A DNA stretch of 64,000 nucleotides from Gammaproteobacteria bacterium (GCA_965221955.1 CBDCTA010000002.1:128001-192000); one strand, 5' to 3'. Positions 35,035-44,493 are shown, counted from the stretch's first letter. Notes: generated by a model not told the origin, from the letters alone. A program made the numbers and translations.

Positions 35035-36270
35035 ATGGCGCTGATCGTACAAAAATTTGGTGGCACTTCGGTGGGTACCGTCGAACGCATTGAAGCAGTG
35101 GCTGAAAAAGTGATTGCTTCCAAGCAACAAGGTCATCAAGTTGTCGTCGTAGTATCTGCTATGAGTGGCGAAACCAATCGTCTTATTGGTTTGGCTGAAG
35201 AAATTCAGGAAACGAAAACACCATCAGGACGAGAACTCGATGTATTAGTGTCTACCGGAGAGCAAGTAACGATTGCTTTGCTTTCGATGGCTTTACAAAA
35301 AAGAAATTGTGATGCCGTATCTTGTACGGGTGGACAATTAAATATTCGTACCGACAATAAATTCAACAAAGCACGTATACAAACCATCGATGCCGATCGT
35401 CTTAAAAAATTATTAGATGATGGCAATGTCGTAGTCGTGGCGGGTTTTCAAGGTGTGGATGAGGAAGGCAACATCACAACGCTAGGTCGCGGTGGTTCAG
35501 ATACCACAGCTGTTGCACTTGCTGCTGCAGTAAAAGCAGATGAATGCCAAATTTACACAGACGTAGATGGAGTTTACACAACCGATCCACGTGTTGAACC
35601 AAATGCACGCAGATTAGATCGAATTACATTTGAAGAAATGTTAGAGATGGCAAGCCTAGGTTCAAAAGTATTACAAATTCGTGCAGTTGAGTTTGCCGGA
35701 AAGTATGATGTGCCGCTTAGAGTACTTTCATCTTTTGAAGAAGGCCCAGGCACTTTAATAACCTATGAGGATGACAGTATGGAAGATCCACTGATCTCAG
35801 GTATCGCTTTTAATCGCGATGAGGCTCAATTGACCATAAAAGGGGTGCTCGATCAGCCGGGTGTGGCGGCCCATATTTTGGGCCCAATTTCGGCTGAAAA
35901 CATCGAAGTGGACATGATTGTACAAAATGTAGGCAATGATGATACCACTGATTTCACTTTTACTGTTCATAGAAATGACTATGATAAGGCACTGAAAATA
36001 CTTGAAAATACTGCAAAAAAGCTTGGTGGAGGCAGTGTTGGAGGGGACCCAAATATCGTTAAATTGTCAATTGTTGGTGTAGGAATGAGGTCACACGCCG
36101 GAATTGCGAGTAGAATGTTCACAGCGCTGGCCGATGAGAAGATAAATATCCTCATGATTTCCACCTCGGAAATTAAGATTTCAGTGGTGATTGAGGAAAA
36201 ATATCTTGAACTTGGAGTTAGAACGCTGCACGAAGCATTTGATCTAAGCCAAGCGGTGGAGGAAGGATAG
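35035..36270 (+). CDS. lysC: Aspartate kinase
   Basis: VQKFGGTSV, TLGRGGSD, two ACT domains. Confidence 0.96.
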   Translation: MALIVQKFGGTSVGTVERIEAVAEKVIASKQQGHQVVVVVSAMSGETNRLIGLAEEIQETKTPSGRELDVLVSTGEQVTIALLSMALQKRNCDAVSCTGGQLNIRTDNKFNKARIQTIDADRLKKLLDDGNVVVVAGFQGVDEEGNITTLGRGGSDTTAVALAAAVKADECQIYTDVDGVYTTDPRVEPNARRLDRITFEEMLEMASLGSKVLQIRAVEFAGKYDVPLRVLSSFEEGPGTLITYEDDSMEDPLISGIAFNRDEAQLTIKGVLDQPGVAAHILGPISAENIEVDMIVQNVGNDDTTDFTFTVHRNDYDKALKILENTAKKLGGGSVGGDPNIVKLSIVGVGMRSHAGIASRMFTALADEKINILMISTSEIKISVVIEEKYLELGVRTLHEAFDLSQAVEEG

Positions 36271-36401
36271 CGCTAAAAAATAATAACAAAACAGCTTTAG
36301 AATGGAGAGAGACCATAGAAGTAATTATCAACTGCAAAAGTCGATAATTACGTTGGTTAACTAAATAAAATAATAAAAACGGACTATCTAGGAGATTGTG
36401 A

Positions 36402-36593
36402 ATGCTGATTTTGACCAGGAGAGTTGGTGAAACACTGATGATCGGTGATGATGTAACGGTTACAGTGTTAGGAGTAAAAGGCAATCAGGTACGTATTGGA
36501 GTGAATGCTCCACGTGATGTAGCAGTACATCGCGAAGAAATTTATGAGCGTATTAAGCGTGAAAAAACCAGTGTAAGTGAGTCAACGGGTTAG
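36402..36593 (+). CDS. csrA: Carbon storage regulator CsrA/RsmA
   Basis: [33 protein letters not shown]...VHREEIY. Confidence 0.99.
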   Translation: MLILTRRVGETLMIGDDVTVTVLGVKGNQVRIGVNAPRDVAVHREEIYERIKREKTSVSESTG

Positions 36594-36692
36594 TTTTTCA
36601 TTTACGTTTCGTTTTTGACTCGTCGTACTTTCGGTTTTTTTTAATCACCGATATCAGTAACATAACTAAAAGCTCGTTCCGAGCTACTTCTA

Positions 36693-36893
36693 CTATTCTG
36701 AATTTTTTTCGGAAGCTTTAGTGATCATGATGTCAAACCATAAATAGATCGCTAAAAAAATTGTCATCGAGCCAAAAAGAATAAGTATCCAGGCTATTAC
36801 ATGGAATTTTATAGGTAAAAACAGAATTGCTATACCAATTCCTATTTGTAAGATGCCGAGGAAGAAGGTTTGGATAGGAGAGAAAGTAGGCAT
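36693..36893 (-). CDS. Small hypothetical membrane protein (2 TM)
   Basis: 66-aa hydrophobic ORF just downstream of tRNA-Ser on the same strand. Confidence 0.55.
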   Translation of the reverse strand: MPTFSPIQTFFLGILQIGIGIAILFLPIKFHVIAWILILFGSMTIFLAIYLWFDIMITKASEKNSE

Positions 36894-36907
36894 ATTGATG
36901 GATGATT

Positions 36908-36999
<92 letters not shown>

Positions 37000-37083
37000 G
37001 ATTCGAACGTGAGTATATCGAATACCTAATAATATATGTAATTCCAATCGGGTTATTCGCTATAATCGCCGGCTTCAAATTGT

Positions 37084-37160
37084 GCGCCCGTAGCTCAGCT
37101 GGATAGAGTACTCGGCTACGAACCGAGCGGTCGGGAGTTCGAATCTCTCCGGGCGCGCCA
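37084..37160 (+). tRNA. tRNA-Arg(ACG)
   Basis: GCGCCCGTAGCTCAGCTGGATAGAG...CTCGG-CT-ACG-AA-CCGAG...GTTCGAATC...GCCA; upstream TATAAT plus GC-rich discriminator. Confidence 0.97.
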
Positions 37161-37384
37161 ATATAAAAAAGTCCTCTTCACCAGCTTAGATCTGTTTGTA
37201 TCATCCACTAAGCAGTTCAAACTCGCCATCTGTGTGCGTACTTCATATATTTGGTCATAATTTGGGCCTTATCTCGGTCATATAGGCTGCATGCGTTGTA
37301 ATAATGCATCGATGACGTATCGAATCATGAACCCTAATACTAGACTTCGTTCTATAATATTTAGACCAAATTAAGGATGTAAAA

Positions 37385-38338
37385 ATGTTGATTAAAACGC
37401 GTAAGCAAATGGATTTGTATGAGTCAGATGTTACAGACCAAGCTGTATATAAAGAACGTCGTGTCTTTTTGCAAAAATCAGCATCGATTACCGCAGCTTC
37501 AATGGCACCTTCTTTATTATGGCCAACTATTGGTGCAGCGGATATTCAGTTTAACAATATCATCAAAAGTGAATTCTCGACTAAAGATGAGTTAACTCCT
37601 ATTGATGCAATAACTAGCTACAACAATTTTTATGAATTAGGTTTAGGTAAAGGTGATCCAAAGCGAAATGCACATCATCTTAAAGTAAAGCCTTGGAATG
37701 TATTGGTATCAGGTGAGTGTGAGGAAACAGGTGAATTTAATCTCGAGGATTTTATTTCTCCAGCAAAACTTGAAGAGCGAATTTATCGGCTACGTTGTGT
37801 AGAAGCATGGTCAATGGTAATTCCGTGGGTAGGCGTTGAATTAGGCCCTATACTAAAAAAATTCAAGCCGACTTCTAAAGCAAAGTTTGTGGAATTTAAA
37901 ACCATCTTAGATCCTGAAAACTTACCTGGACAAAAACGGAGTGTATTAGAGTGGCCGTATCGCGAGGGGCTGCGTATTGATGAAGCGATGCATCCATTAA
38001 CAATATTAGCGGTTGGTTTATATGGAAAAGAACTGCCAAACCAAAATGGTGCACCACTTCGTTTAGTCGTACCTTGGAAATATGGTTTCAAAAGTATTAA
38101 ATCGATTGTCAGTATTAACTTTTTAGAAGAACAACCTGCAACAAGCTGGAATGTTGCAGGGCCAAGAGAGTACGGTTTTTATTCCAACGTGAATCCGAAT
38201 ATTGATCATCCGAGATGGAGCCAAAAACGTGAGCGAAGGATTGGAGAATTTCTAAAACGAGAAACTTTACCTTTTAATGGTTATGGAGATGAAGTCGCGA
38301 GCTTATATACGGGCATGGATCTTAAGAAAAACTTCTAA
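37385..38338 (+). CDS. msrP: Periplasmic methionine sulfoxide reductase catalytic subunit (Mo)
   Basis: Tat [45 protein letters not shown]. Confidence 0.96.
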   Translation: MLIKTRKQMDLYESDVTDQAVYKERRVFLQKSASITAASMAPSLLWPTIGAADIQFNNIIKSEFSTKDELTPIDAITSYNNFYELGLGKGDPKRNAHHLKVKPWNVLVSGECEETGEFNLEDFISPAKLEERIYRLRCVEAWSMVIPWVGVELGPILKKFKPTSKAKFVEFKTILDPENLPGQKRSVLEWPYREGLRIDEAMHPLTILAVGLYGKELPNQNGAPLRLVVPWKYGFKSIKSIVSINFLEEQPATSWNVAGPREYGFYSNVNPNIDHPRWSQKRERRIGEFLKRETLPFNGYGDEVASLYTGMDLKKNF

Positions 38339-38370
38339 TTTCATAGATAACAAAAAACACCTAAAAAATT

Positions 38371-38964
38371 GTGTTAACAAAACAAACGGGCAGGAAAGTG
38401 AAGCCCGTACTCTTTATATTATTGCTACTACCTTTAGTATTGCTTGCGTACCGTTTCTATTCAGAAGGGTTGGGGGCTAATCCCATTGAAACGATTAATC
38501 GCTACACCGGAGATTGGGCGCTTAGAATATTACTTGCCACATTAGCATTTTCGCCTTTAATCAGGACGTTTCGCTGGAATGGCATTATTCAGTTCCGAAG
38601 AATGTTTGGGTTATTCGCCTTTTTTTATGTTTGCTTGCATTTAACTTCTTATATTGTTTTAGATCAGTTTTTTGACTTCAGTGAAATTTTAGATGATGTC
38701 TTCAAGCGACCATTTATTACAGCGGGTTTTTCTGCTTTTATATTACTTATTCCACTTGCAATTACCTCAACCAATAAAATGGTTGAAAAGTTACAGTACC
38801 GTTGGATTCAACTACACCGCGTAGTGTATGTCATTGCAATGTTAGCCGTACTGCATTTTTGGTGGATGGTTAAAATTGATACACGCGAGCCTATGATTTA
38901 CGCCATAATATTAACCGTGTTGCTAGGTATTCGTTTATTGTTCTATTTAAAACGAAAAGTCTAA
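38371..38964 (+). CDS. msrQ: Heme-binding membrane subunit MsrQ
   Basis: LGANP, RRMFGL, KRPFIT, PLAITS, LHRVVY, LHFWW. Confidence 0.95.
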   Translation: MLTKQTGRKVKPVLFILLLLPLVLLAYRFYSEGLGANPIETINRYTGDWALRILLATLAFSPLIRTFRWNGIIQFRRMFGLFAFFYVCLHLTSYIVLDQFFDFSEILDDVFKRPFITAGFSAFILLIPLAITSTNKMVEKLQYRWIQLHRVVYVIAMLAVLHFWWMVKIDTREPMIYAIILTVLLGIRLLFYLKRKV

Positions 38965-38978
38965 TTACACGAAATAAA

Positions 38979-39205
38979 ATGGAAGTTCTGGTTTATAAAT
39001 GTAATACCGGTCAGTTTGCTCCTGCAAAACCGGCATACCATACATCCGTGTATATAATATTAAGCAAAAGAGATCGAGAAAGTGGACGACTGCATGGATG
39101 CAGGAGGTAGAGCATCGCATGGAGTAGTAGCCGAGTGCATTAATGAATACATGAGCATTTCGAGAATTCTTTTAACGACATATCAGAATAAACCAGAGTT
39201 TCCAT
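38979..39205. mobile_element. MITE-like element (227 bp) carrying two nested mini-repeats
   Basis: 18-bp TIRs ATGGAAGTTCTGGTTTAT (38979-38996) / ATAAACCAGAGTTTCCAT (39188-39205), 2 mismatches. Confidence 0.75.
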
Positions 39206-39206
39206 A

Positions 39207-40631
39207 ATGGCGTGGGAATATATAGTTGTCATCGATCAAGGTACGCATTCCACGCGTGCGGTGATCTATAATCGCTCAGGCGAATCCATTTTTAAGTCTC
39301 AAAAATCGATTGACCTCTTTTATCATGACACTGGCCACATCGAACAAAATGGCCAGCAAATTCTAAATTCGTGTCAAACAGTATTAAATGAAGCGCATGA
39401 ATATATTGAGGAAAACAATTTACAAAATATAGCAGCTGCACTTACTACACAGCGTTCTACAGTACTTGCTTGGGATGCTGATACTGGAGAAGCCATTACT
39501 CCAGCCTTGAGTTGGCTCGATACTCGCGCACAAGACAAGTTAAAAAACTTTCCTGTTGAAGAGAGTGTTATTAAAGAAAAAACAGGTTTGCCTTTGTCTC
39601 CTCACTATGGAGCTTCTAAGTTGCAATGGCTGCTTGAGCATGATGAAAAAGTTATCCAGAAGCAACAGTCTAAACAGCTTGTATTTGGACCGCTTGCAGC
39701 GTATTTAATATTTAACTTAATCGAAAATCAGCCATGTTATGTGGATTATTCGAATGCGCATCGAACGTTGTTATGGAATTTACAAACTAGAAAATGGGAT
39801 GAAGAATTGTTGAATGCTTTTTCGATTGACTCCTCCTGCTTGCCTGAACCTGTTCCAAATCAATTTGAGTATGGAAAAATTAAGCAGTTTGGTTACCCGC
39901 TTGTGCTCGTAAATGGAGATCAAAATAGCGCAGTTTATGGATATGGAAAGCTTGAAGACCAAACCAGTTTTATTAATATTGGAACAGGTGCTTTTGTGTT
40001 GGCAATCCGTCAGCATCGACCAATATTAAATACACAATTGCTTTCTAGCATCACATTCAGTACCGATAAATACCAAGAATATGCTTTGGAAGGCACAGTG
40101 AATGGCGCGGGAGCAGCACTCTCATGGGCTGAAGAAGAATGGGGTATTAATAATATTGAAAAGGTGCCATGGAAGCATGTAGATAATGTACCCATATTCC
40201 TGAATACAGTAGGTGGGTTAGGTTCACCTTTTTGGCGTAGCGATATATCCCCTAGATTTTTGCATACAGATCATTCGCATCAGGATTATACGAATGAACA
40301 ATGCATGGCTGCGTTGATGGAAAGCATTGTATTCTTAGTCACTATAAATATTGAAGAAATGCATGAGCATGGAGTGAAGTCTAAGCAGCTATTAATTGCG
40401 GGTGGAATGAGCAAAGATTCGCATCTGTGCCAATGTATAGCAGATTTGAACTCAGTGCCTGTTGTTGCATCCAGTTTCAAAGAAGCGACTTCTCGTGGTG
40501 CAGCTTGGTTAGTCATGCAACAAGCAGGGTGGGGAGTACCTAATAGTAAGTATTTTTATCCGACAGGGAATCAATCACTAGTATCTCGATATAATCAATT
40601 TAGGTCTGCACTAAAAGGAATTGCACATTGA
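39207..40631 (+). CDS. glpK: Glycerol kinase-like FGGY kinase
   Basis: IDQGTHSTRA, TQRST, GDQ, GTGAF, YALEG; operon with glpQ/glpD. Confidence 0.82.
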   Translation: MAWEYIVVIDQGTHSTRAVIYNRSGESIFKSQKSIDLFYHDTGHIEQNGQQILNSCQTVLNEAHEYIEENNLQNIAAALTTQRSTVLAWDADTGEAITPALSWLDTRAQDKLKNFPVEESVIKEKTGLPLSPHYGASKLQWLLEHDEKVIQKQQSKQLVFGPLAAYLIFNLIENQPCYVDYSNAHRTLLWNLQTRKWDEELLNAFSIDSSCLPEPVPNQFEYGKIKQFGYPLVLVNGDQNSAVYGYGKLEDQTSFINIGTGAFVLAIRQHRPILNTQLLSSITFSTDKYQEYALEGTVNGAGAALSWAEEEWGINNIEKVPWKHVDNVPIFLNTVGGLGSPFWRSDISPRFLHTDHSHQDYTNEQCMAALMESIVFLVTINIEEMHEHGVKSKQLLIAGGMSKDSHLCQCIADLNSVPVVASSFKEATSRGAAWLVMQQAGWGVPNSKYFYPTGNQSLVSRYNQFRSALKGIAH

Positions 40632-41359
40632 TGAATAGACTGGTCGCTCATCGTGGCGATATGACAAATTATCCTGAAAACAGTGTATTGGCATTACAAA
40701 GTGCAGCACTTCTTGGTTATCAGTATCTTGAGTTAGATATTCAGCTATCAAAAGATCATCAACCAGTTGTGATGCATGATGAAAGCCTCGATCGAACAAC
40801 CGGTGTTAATAAGAAGGTATGGGATTTTACTAGCAATGAATTGGAATCAATTTCGCTATTGTTTCCAGAACAATTAAAAGAAAAGCGTGAGTTGCTATTT
40901 ATTCCAAGTCTTAAGCGAGTGATAGAACAGCTTAATCACTATTCAAGACTAAATGTATTTTTTGAAATTAAAAAAGAAAGCATAAAAAAATTTGGTTTAG
41001 AAGAAGTTGTAGATCGAGTGTTGGAAGTGCAACGGTTAGCCAAATTTAATGTGATTATTATTTCATTTCTCGCAGATGTCATTGAGTATGTAAAAACTAA
41101 ACAGAATAATTCTACAGGTTATGTGCTAAAAAAATATAATAAAAAGTATTATTCAACAGCTAAACAGTTACAACCTGATTATCTGTTTTGCAATATCAAA
41201 AAAATAGATCGGCCTAACGAGTTATGGAAAGGCGCCTGGAAATGGGCGCTTTACGATATTAAAAACCCTGCATTCGCTTATGAGTTATTAGAACAAGGTG
41301 TGGATTTCATAGAAACCGGCGATATTATTAAGCTGAGTAACTCAGAATATTTCCAATAA
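40631..41359 (+). CDS. Glycerophosphodiester phosphodiesterase
   Basis: AHRG, PENS, ELDIQLSKD, HDESLDRTT, EIK. Confidence 0.92.
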   Translation: MNRLVAHRGDMTNYPENSVLALQSAALLGYQYLELDIQLSKDHQPVVMHDESLDRTTGVNKKVWDFTSNELESISLLFPEQLKEKRELLFIPSLKRVIEQLNHYSRLNVFFEIKKESIKKFGLEEVVDRVLEVQRLAKFNVIIISFLADVIEYVKTKQNNSTGYVLKKYNKKYYSTAKQLQPDYLFCNIKKIDRPNELWKGAWKWALYDIKNPAFAYELLEQGVDFIETGDIIKLSNSEYFQ

Positions 41360-41362
41360 TTC

Positions 41363-42544
41363 ATGAATTATGAAGTTGCAATTATTGGTGGTGGAATCCA
41401 TGGAGTGGGTGTTGCACAAGCGGCGGCTGTGCGCGGTTATAAAACTGTTCTTTTGGAACAATATGATCATCTTGCGGAAGGAACTTCGTCGCGCTCAAGC
41501 AAATTGATTCATGGTGGTTTGCGTTATTTAGAACAGTTTGAATTTTCTTTAGTACGTGAATGTTTAATAGAGCGTAGCTATCTGTTAAAAAATGCACCAG
41601 ATTTAGTCAAACTCACACCGGTTTACATCCCTATATATAAGAGTTCAAAGCGATCTCCTTTGACGATACGCGCAGGACTTTCTTTATATGCATTGTTAGG
41701 TAATCTGAGCGCAGATGCGCGTTTTAAGAAAGTATCCAAGAGTAATTGGAACCAACTACATGGTTTAAATCAACAAAATTTGCGTGCTGTGTATCAATAT
41801 TATGAAGCGCAAACCGATGATAGCTTATTAACAAAAGCCGTAATGAACTCAGCACAAGAATATAGTGCTGAACTGATTCTTAATGCAAAGGTAAGTAACC
41901 TTAAACTTGAGCATGATCAGTGCAGACTTACCTATGTAAATTCATCGGGCCAAGAAAAAGAACTCACTAGTACGGTTGTTGTAAATGCAGCAGGACCATG
42001 GGCTGCAAACGTTGTGGATTGTGTACAACCTATACAAAAAAATGTGAAAGTAGATTTGGTGCAAGGTGCACATATTGTACTGCCTATACAACTAGGCGAA
42101 GTTATTTTTTATATTGAAAGCCCTAAAGATCAACGTCCTATATTTTTGATGCCGTGGTATGGCGAAACGATGATCGGCACTACAGAAAGTATTTTTGAAG
42201 GTGACCCTGCTAAAACCTATCCACTTGAACAGGAAATAGGGTATCTATTAGAAGCATTTTATTTTTACTTTCCTGAGTATAAAGATAAAAATTTAGCAAT
42301 TAGTAAAAAATTTTCAGGTTTACGTGTATTACCAAGAAGTCGAAAAAACGCAAACCAACGTTCACGCGAGACCATCTACCTAAGAGATCGCAAACATAAG
42401 CCTAGGTTGTTATCTATTTTTGGTGGAAAATTAACAGCTTATCGCGCCACTTCAGAACATGTAATGAAATATATAGAACCGTCTTTGTCTAAAATCAATA
42501 CTTATGAAGACACTAGGAAATTAAAGTTATCTAAACCTCAATGA
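41363..42544 (+). CDS. glpD: FAD-dependent glycerol-3-phosphate dehydrogenase (short form)
   Basis: IGGGIHG, GTSSRSSKLIHGGLRYLE, NAAGPW, GGKLTAYR. Confidence 0.88.
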   Translation: MNYEVAIIGGGIHGVGVAQAAAVRGYKTVLLEQYDHLAEGTSSRSSKLIHGGLRYLEQFEFSLVRECLIERSYLLKNAPDLVKLTPVYIPIYKSSKRSPLTIRAGLSLYALLGNLSADARFKKVSKSNWNQLHGLNQQNLRAVYQYYEAQTDDSLLTKAVMNSAQEYSAELILNAKVSNLKLEHDQCRLTYVNSSGQEKELTSTVVVNAAGPWAANVVDCVQPIQKNVKVDLVQGAHIVLPIQLGEVIFYIESPKDQRPIFLMPWYGETMIGTTESIFEGDPAKTYPLEQEIGYLLEAFYFYFPEYKDKNLAISKKFSGLRVLPRSRKNANQRSRETIYLRDRKHKPRLLSIFGGKLTAYRATSEHVMKYIEPSLSKINTYEDTRKLKLSKPQ

Positions 42545-42553
42545 GTGCTTTGT

Positions 42554-43030
42554 TCAAAGATTTATAGAATTACAATATTCTATGTAACTCTCATGTATTG
42601 AAATATTTTTATTATTAGCTAATTGTTCCAGATCATAGAGTGTTTTTTTAAATTCATCTTCTAAGATATTAAAAAACACATCCGTTAATGGATGTTTTCC
42701 AGTAGGTAGGGCGATGACTTTTTGTTTGAATTTAATTGAAAAAATAACATCTCTTTTAAATAAAATTTTTACTGCAAATACCCAACGCCAATCCCAAGAA
42801 TAGGGTGCAAGAGAATCTTTACCTGCATAGATGTCTAACAATTCGTCATCTTTTGCTACATCTTCGCTAAATATTATGGCTTGATATAAGTGGTTACTGT
42901 TTGAACAAATCAAGTCAGCCTCAACAAGATCAGATTTGTTTGAATGATTACTGAGTTCTTTATAGAGAGTAGGGTAGAATAGCCGCAGAAAAGCTAAAAA
43001 CTTAGGGTAATGCTTAGCCGAATCCATCAT
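42554..43030 (-). CDS. Hypothetical protein
   Basis: 158-aa ORF with no recognised motif. Confidence 0.55.
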   Translation of the reverse strand: MMDSAKHYPKFLAFLRLFYPTLYKELSNHSNKSDLVEADLICSNSNHLYQAIIFSEDVAKDDELLDIYAGKDSLAPYSWDWRWVFAVKILFKRDVIFSIKFKQKVIALPTGKHPLTDVFFNILEDEFKKTLYDLEQLANNKNISIHESYIEYCNSINL

Positions 43031-43084
43031 GCACGGATACTGTGCTAATCCAAATCATCTATCAACCCGTTATAGTCTTTTCAT

Positions 43085-43282
43085 GCGCGACCACCATGGA
43101 TGGTGGAAGTGCAGATTTTGCAGGAGCAAAAATCTGCCAAGTAGCTCAGCCGTGATGGGCAGGATACCCAAACGTCGTGAAAGACAAGGACGACCGTCAT
43201 GGATGACGGAAGTACTAAAAATGCAGGATGCAATTTTCAGTGCGTCGGAAGCGACGAGAGTACTGCAGTGCGAAGCACTGCC
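43085..43282 (+). repeat. Cluster of GGA-loop hairpin mini-repeats inside a split tRNA 5' fragment
   Basis: CCACC-ATGGAT-GGTGG, GCAGATTTTGC-AGGA-GCAAAAATCTGC, TGGG-CAGGATA-CCCA, CCGTC-ATGGAT-GACGG; tRNA pieces GTAGCTCAGC and AGAGTAC. Confidence 0.7.
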
Positions 43283-43323
43283 AGTTAAGGTTATAGTTAT
43301 TTTTTAAATTGGTTGGTTAATAT

Positions 43324-43400
43324 GCGCCCGTAGCTCAGCTGGATAGAGTACCTGGCTTCGAACCAGGTGGTCGGGAGTTCGAATCTCTCCGGGCGCGCCA
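43324..43400 (+). tRNA. tRNA-Arg(TCG)
   Basis: 77 nt, CCTGG-CT-TCG-AA-CCAGG anticodon arm, CCA end; 71/77 identical to tRNA-Arg(ACG). Confidence 0.93.
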
Positions 43401-43438
43401 TTAAATTTATAGCCTTTCAGGCTATAAATTTAATGGCG
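43396..43438. repeat. Perfect 20-bp inverted repeat overlapping the tRNA 3' end
   Basis: CGCCATTAAATTTATAGCCT-TTC-AGGCTATAAATTTAATGGCG. Confidence 0.85.
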
Positions 43439-43582
43439 TGTTTTGAGTTATTCGATGGCCGAGTTCGACAAATCGGTAAGACAGCAAATTTGGACGTCAC
43501 GTTAGGTGGCGTATGAGCATAGCGAATGTAGAGTTATGGATGACTCGAATCAGTCTCTCAAGATACCCTTAATTAAAATTTA

Positions 43583-43873
43583 TTAATCGTCTTGATGTTT
43601 ATCAAAGTATTCTTGAAATTCAGCTTGTGAAATATTGGTTTCAGTGATTTCCAGGCCACCAACTTGTGTTGCAGTATTTTTTCTGCGTTCTTTGAGTACC
43701 ATATTTCCATTTAAATCTTCGAGTGGAAATTTGTTTAGTTGAGTAACGGATCGGCGTTCACTACGCAGGGATACTTCACCAGGGGTTTCAATCGTTCTGA
43801 ATTTCATTTTTCTTATTAATAAATTCTCATAAATACAAGTAGGTATGATAATTCTTAGAGTAATTCTGTTCAT
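43583..43873 (-). CDS. Hypothetical protein (alternative start at 43807)
   Basis: 96-aa ORF, no motif. Confidence 0.45.
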   Translation of the reverse strand: MNRITLRIIIPTCIYENLLIRKMKFRTIETPGEVSLRSERRSVTQLNKFPLEDLNGNMVLKERRKNTATQVGGLEITETNISQAEFQEYFDKHQDD

Positions 43874-43889
43874 GTAGGAAAATGAAAAG

Positions 43890-43905
43890 TGTGAGCGAAT
43901 TCACA
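43890..43905. promoter_or_regulatory. CRP/Vfr-type binding site
   Basis: TGTGA-GCGAAT-TCACA, perfect core consensus in a divergent intergenic region. Confidence 0.6.
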
Positions 43906-43983
43906 ATGTTATAGAGCATTTCCTTTCAATGTATGTGGCTATATGTGCTCAATAGACTTTGATAATAGAATTGTTTTACACAA

Positions 43984-44448
43984 TTGAAATATTCAAATAA
44001 ATTTTTTCTCGTCGTATGCTTGCTTATATCAATTACTGCGTGCAGTGACGATGCTGAGCTTAGTCCATTCACTAGCGATGGTTGTTCACTTTTTCCTGAT
44101 AGTTCTTTAATTACTCAACAAGACTGGTGTGAGTGCTGTTTTCAGCATGATTTAGCGTATTGGAAAGGTGGTACAGAAGAGGAACGTGCGCATGCGGATC
44201 TTCAGCTTAAAGAGTGTGTATTTGAAAAAACACAGGATGAGGCCTTAGCAAAAGTAATGTATGAAGGGGTGCGTTTTGGTGGCAGTCCATATTTTTATAA
44301 TTGGTATCGCTGGGGATACGGTTGGTCTTATCTGAATAATCACCGAGGAAAGTATCAGGTGTTGACAGAAGCTGAGCAGCAACAAGCAAAAAAGCTTATA
44401 GAACAATATCTTGTAAACAATCAAAAAAATTATTGCGAAGCCCATTGA
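43984..44448 (+). CDS. Lipoprotein with prokaryotic phospholipase A2-like motif
   Basis: Lipobox ITAC; DGCS...CCFQHDLAY...AD..L..C. Confidence 0.75.
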   Translation: MKYSNKFFLVVCLLISITACSDDAELSPFTSDGCSLFPDSSLITQQDWCECCFQHDLAYWKGGTEEERAHADLQLKECVFEKTQDEALAKVMYEGVRFGGSPYFYNWYRWGYGWSYLNNHRGKYQVLTEAEQQQAKKLIEQYLVNNQKNYCEAH

Positions 44449-44493
44449 ATGTTCTCCATAAGTTCTCTATGATGAGAACTTATGGAGAACATT
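44448..44493. promoter_or_regulatory. LexA operator: two alpha-type SOS boxes in inverted orientation around a -10-like hexamer
   Basis: AATGTTCTCCATAAGTTCTC-TATGAT-GAGAACTTATGGAGAACATT; GTTC-N7-GTTC at 44451-44465, GAAC-N7-GAAC at 44476-44490. Confidence 0.8.

Noticed and set aside
43029-43307. 92-aa ORF
   Set aside because: Made of palindromic repeats and tRNA fragments; no protein-like features
37161-43323. Integrative element bounded by the two tRNA-Arg repeats
   Set aside because: Both tRNAs are full-length distinct isoacceptors, the cargo is ordinary metabolic genes and there is no integrase
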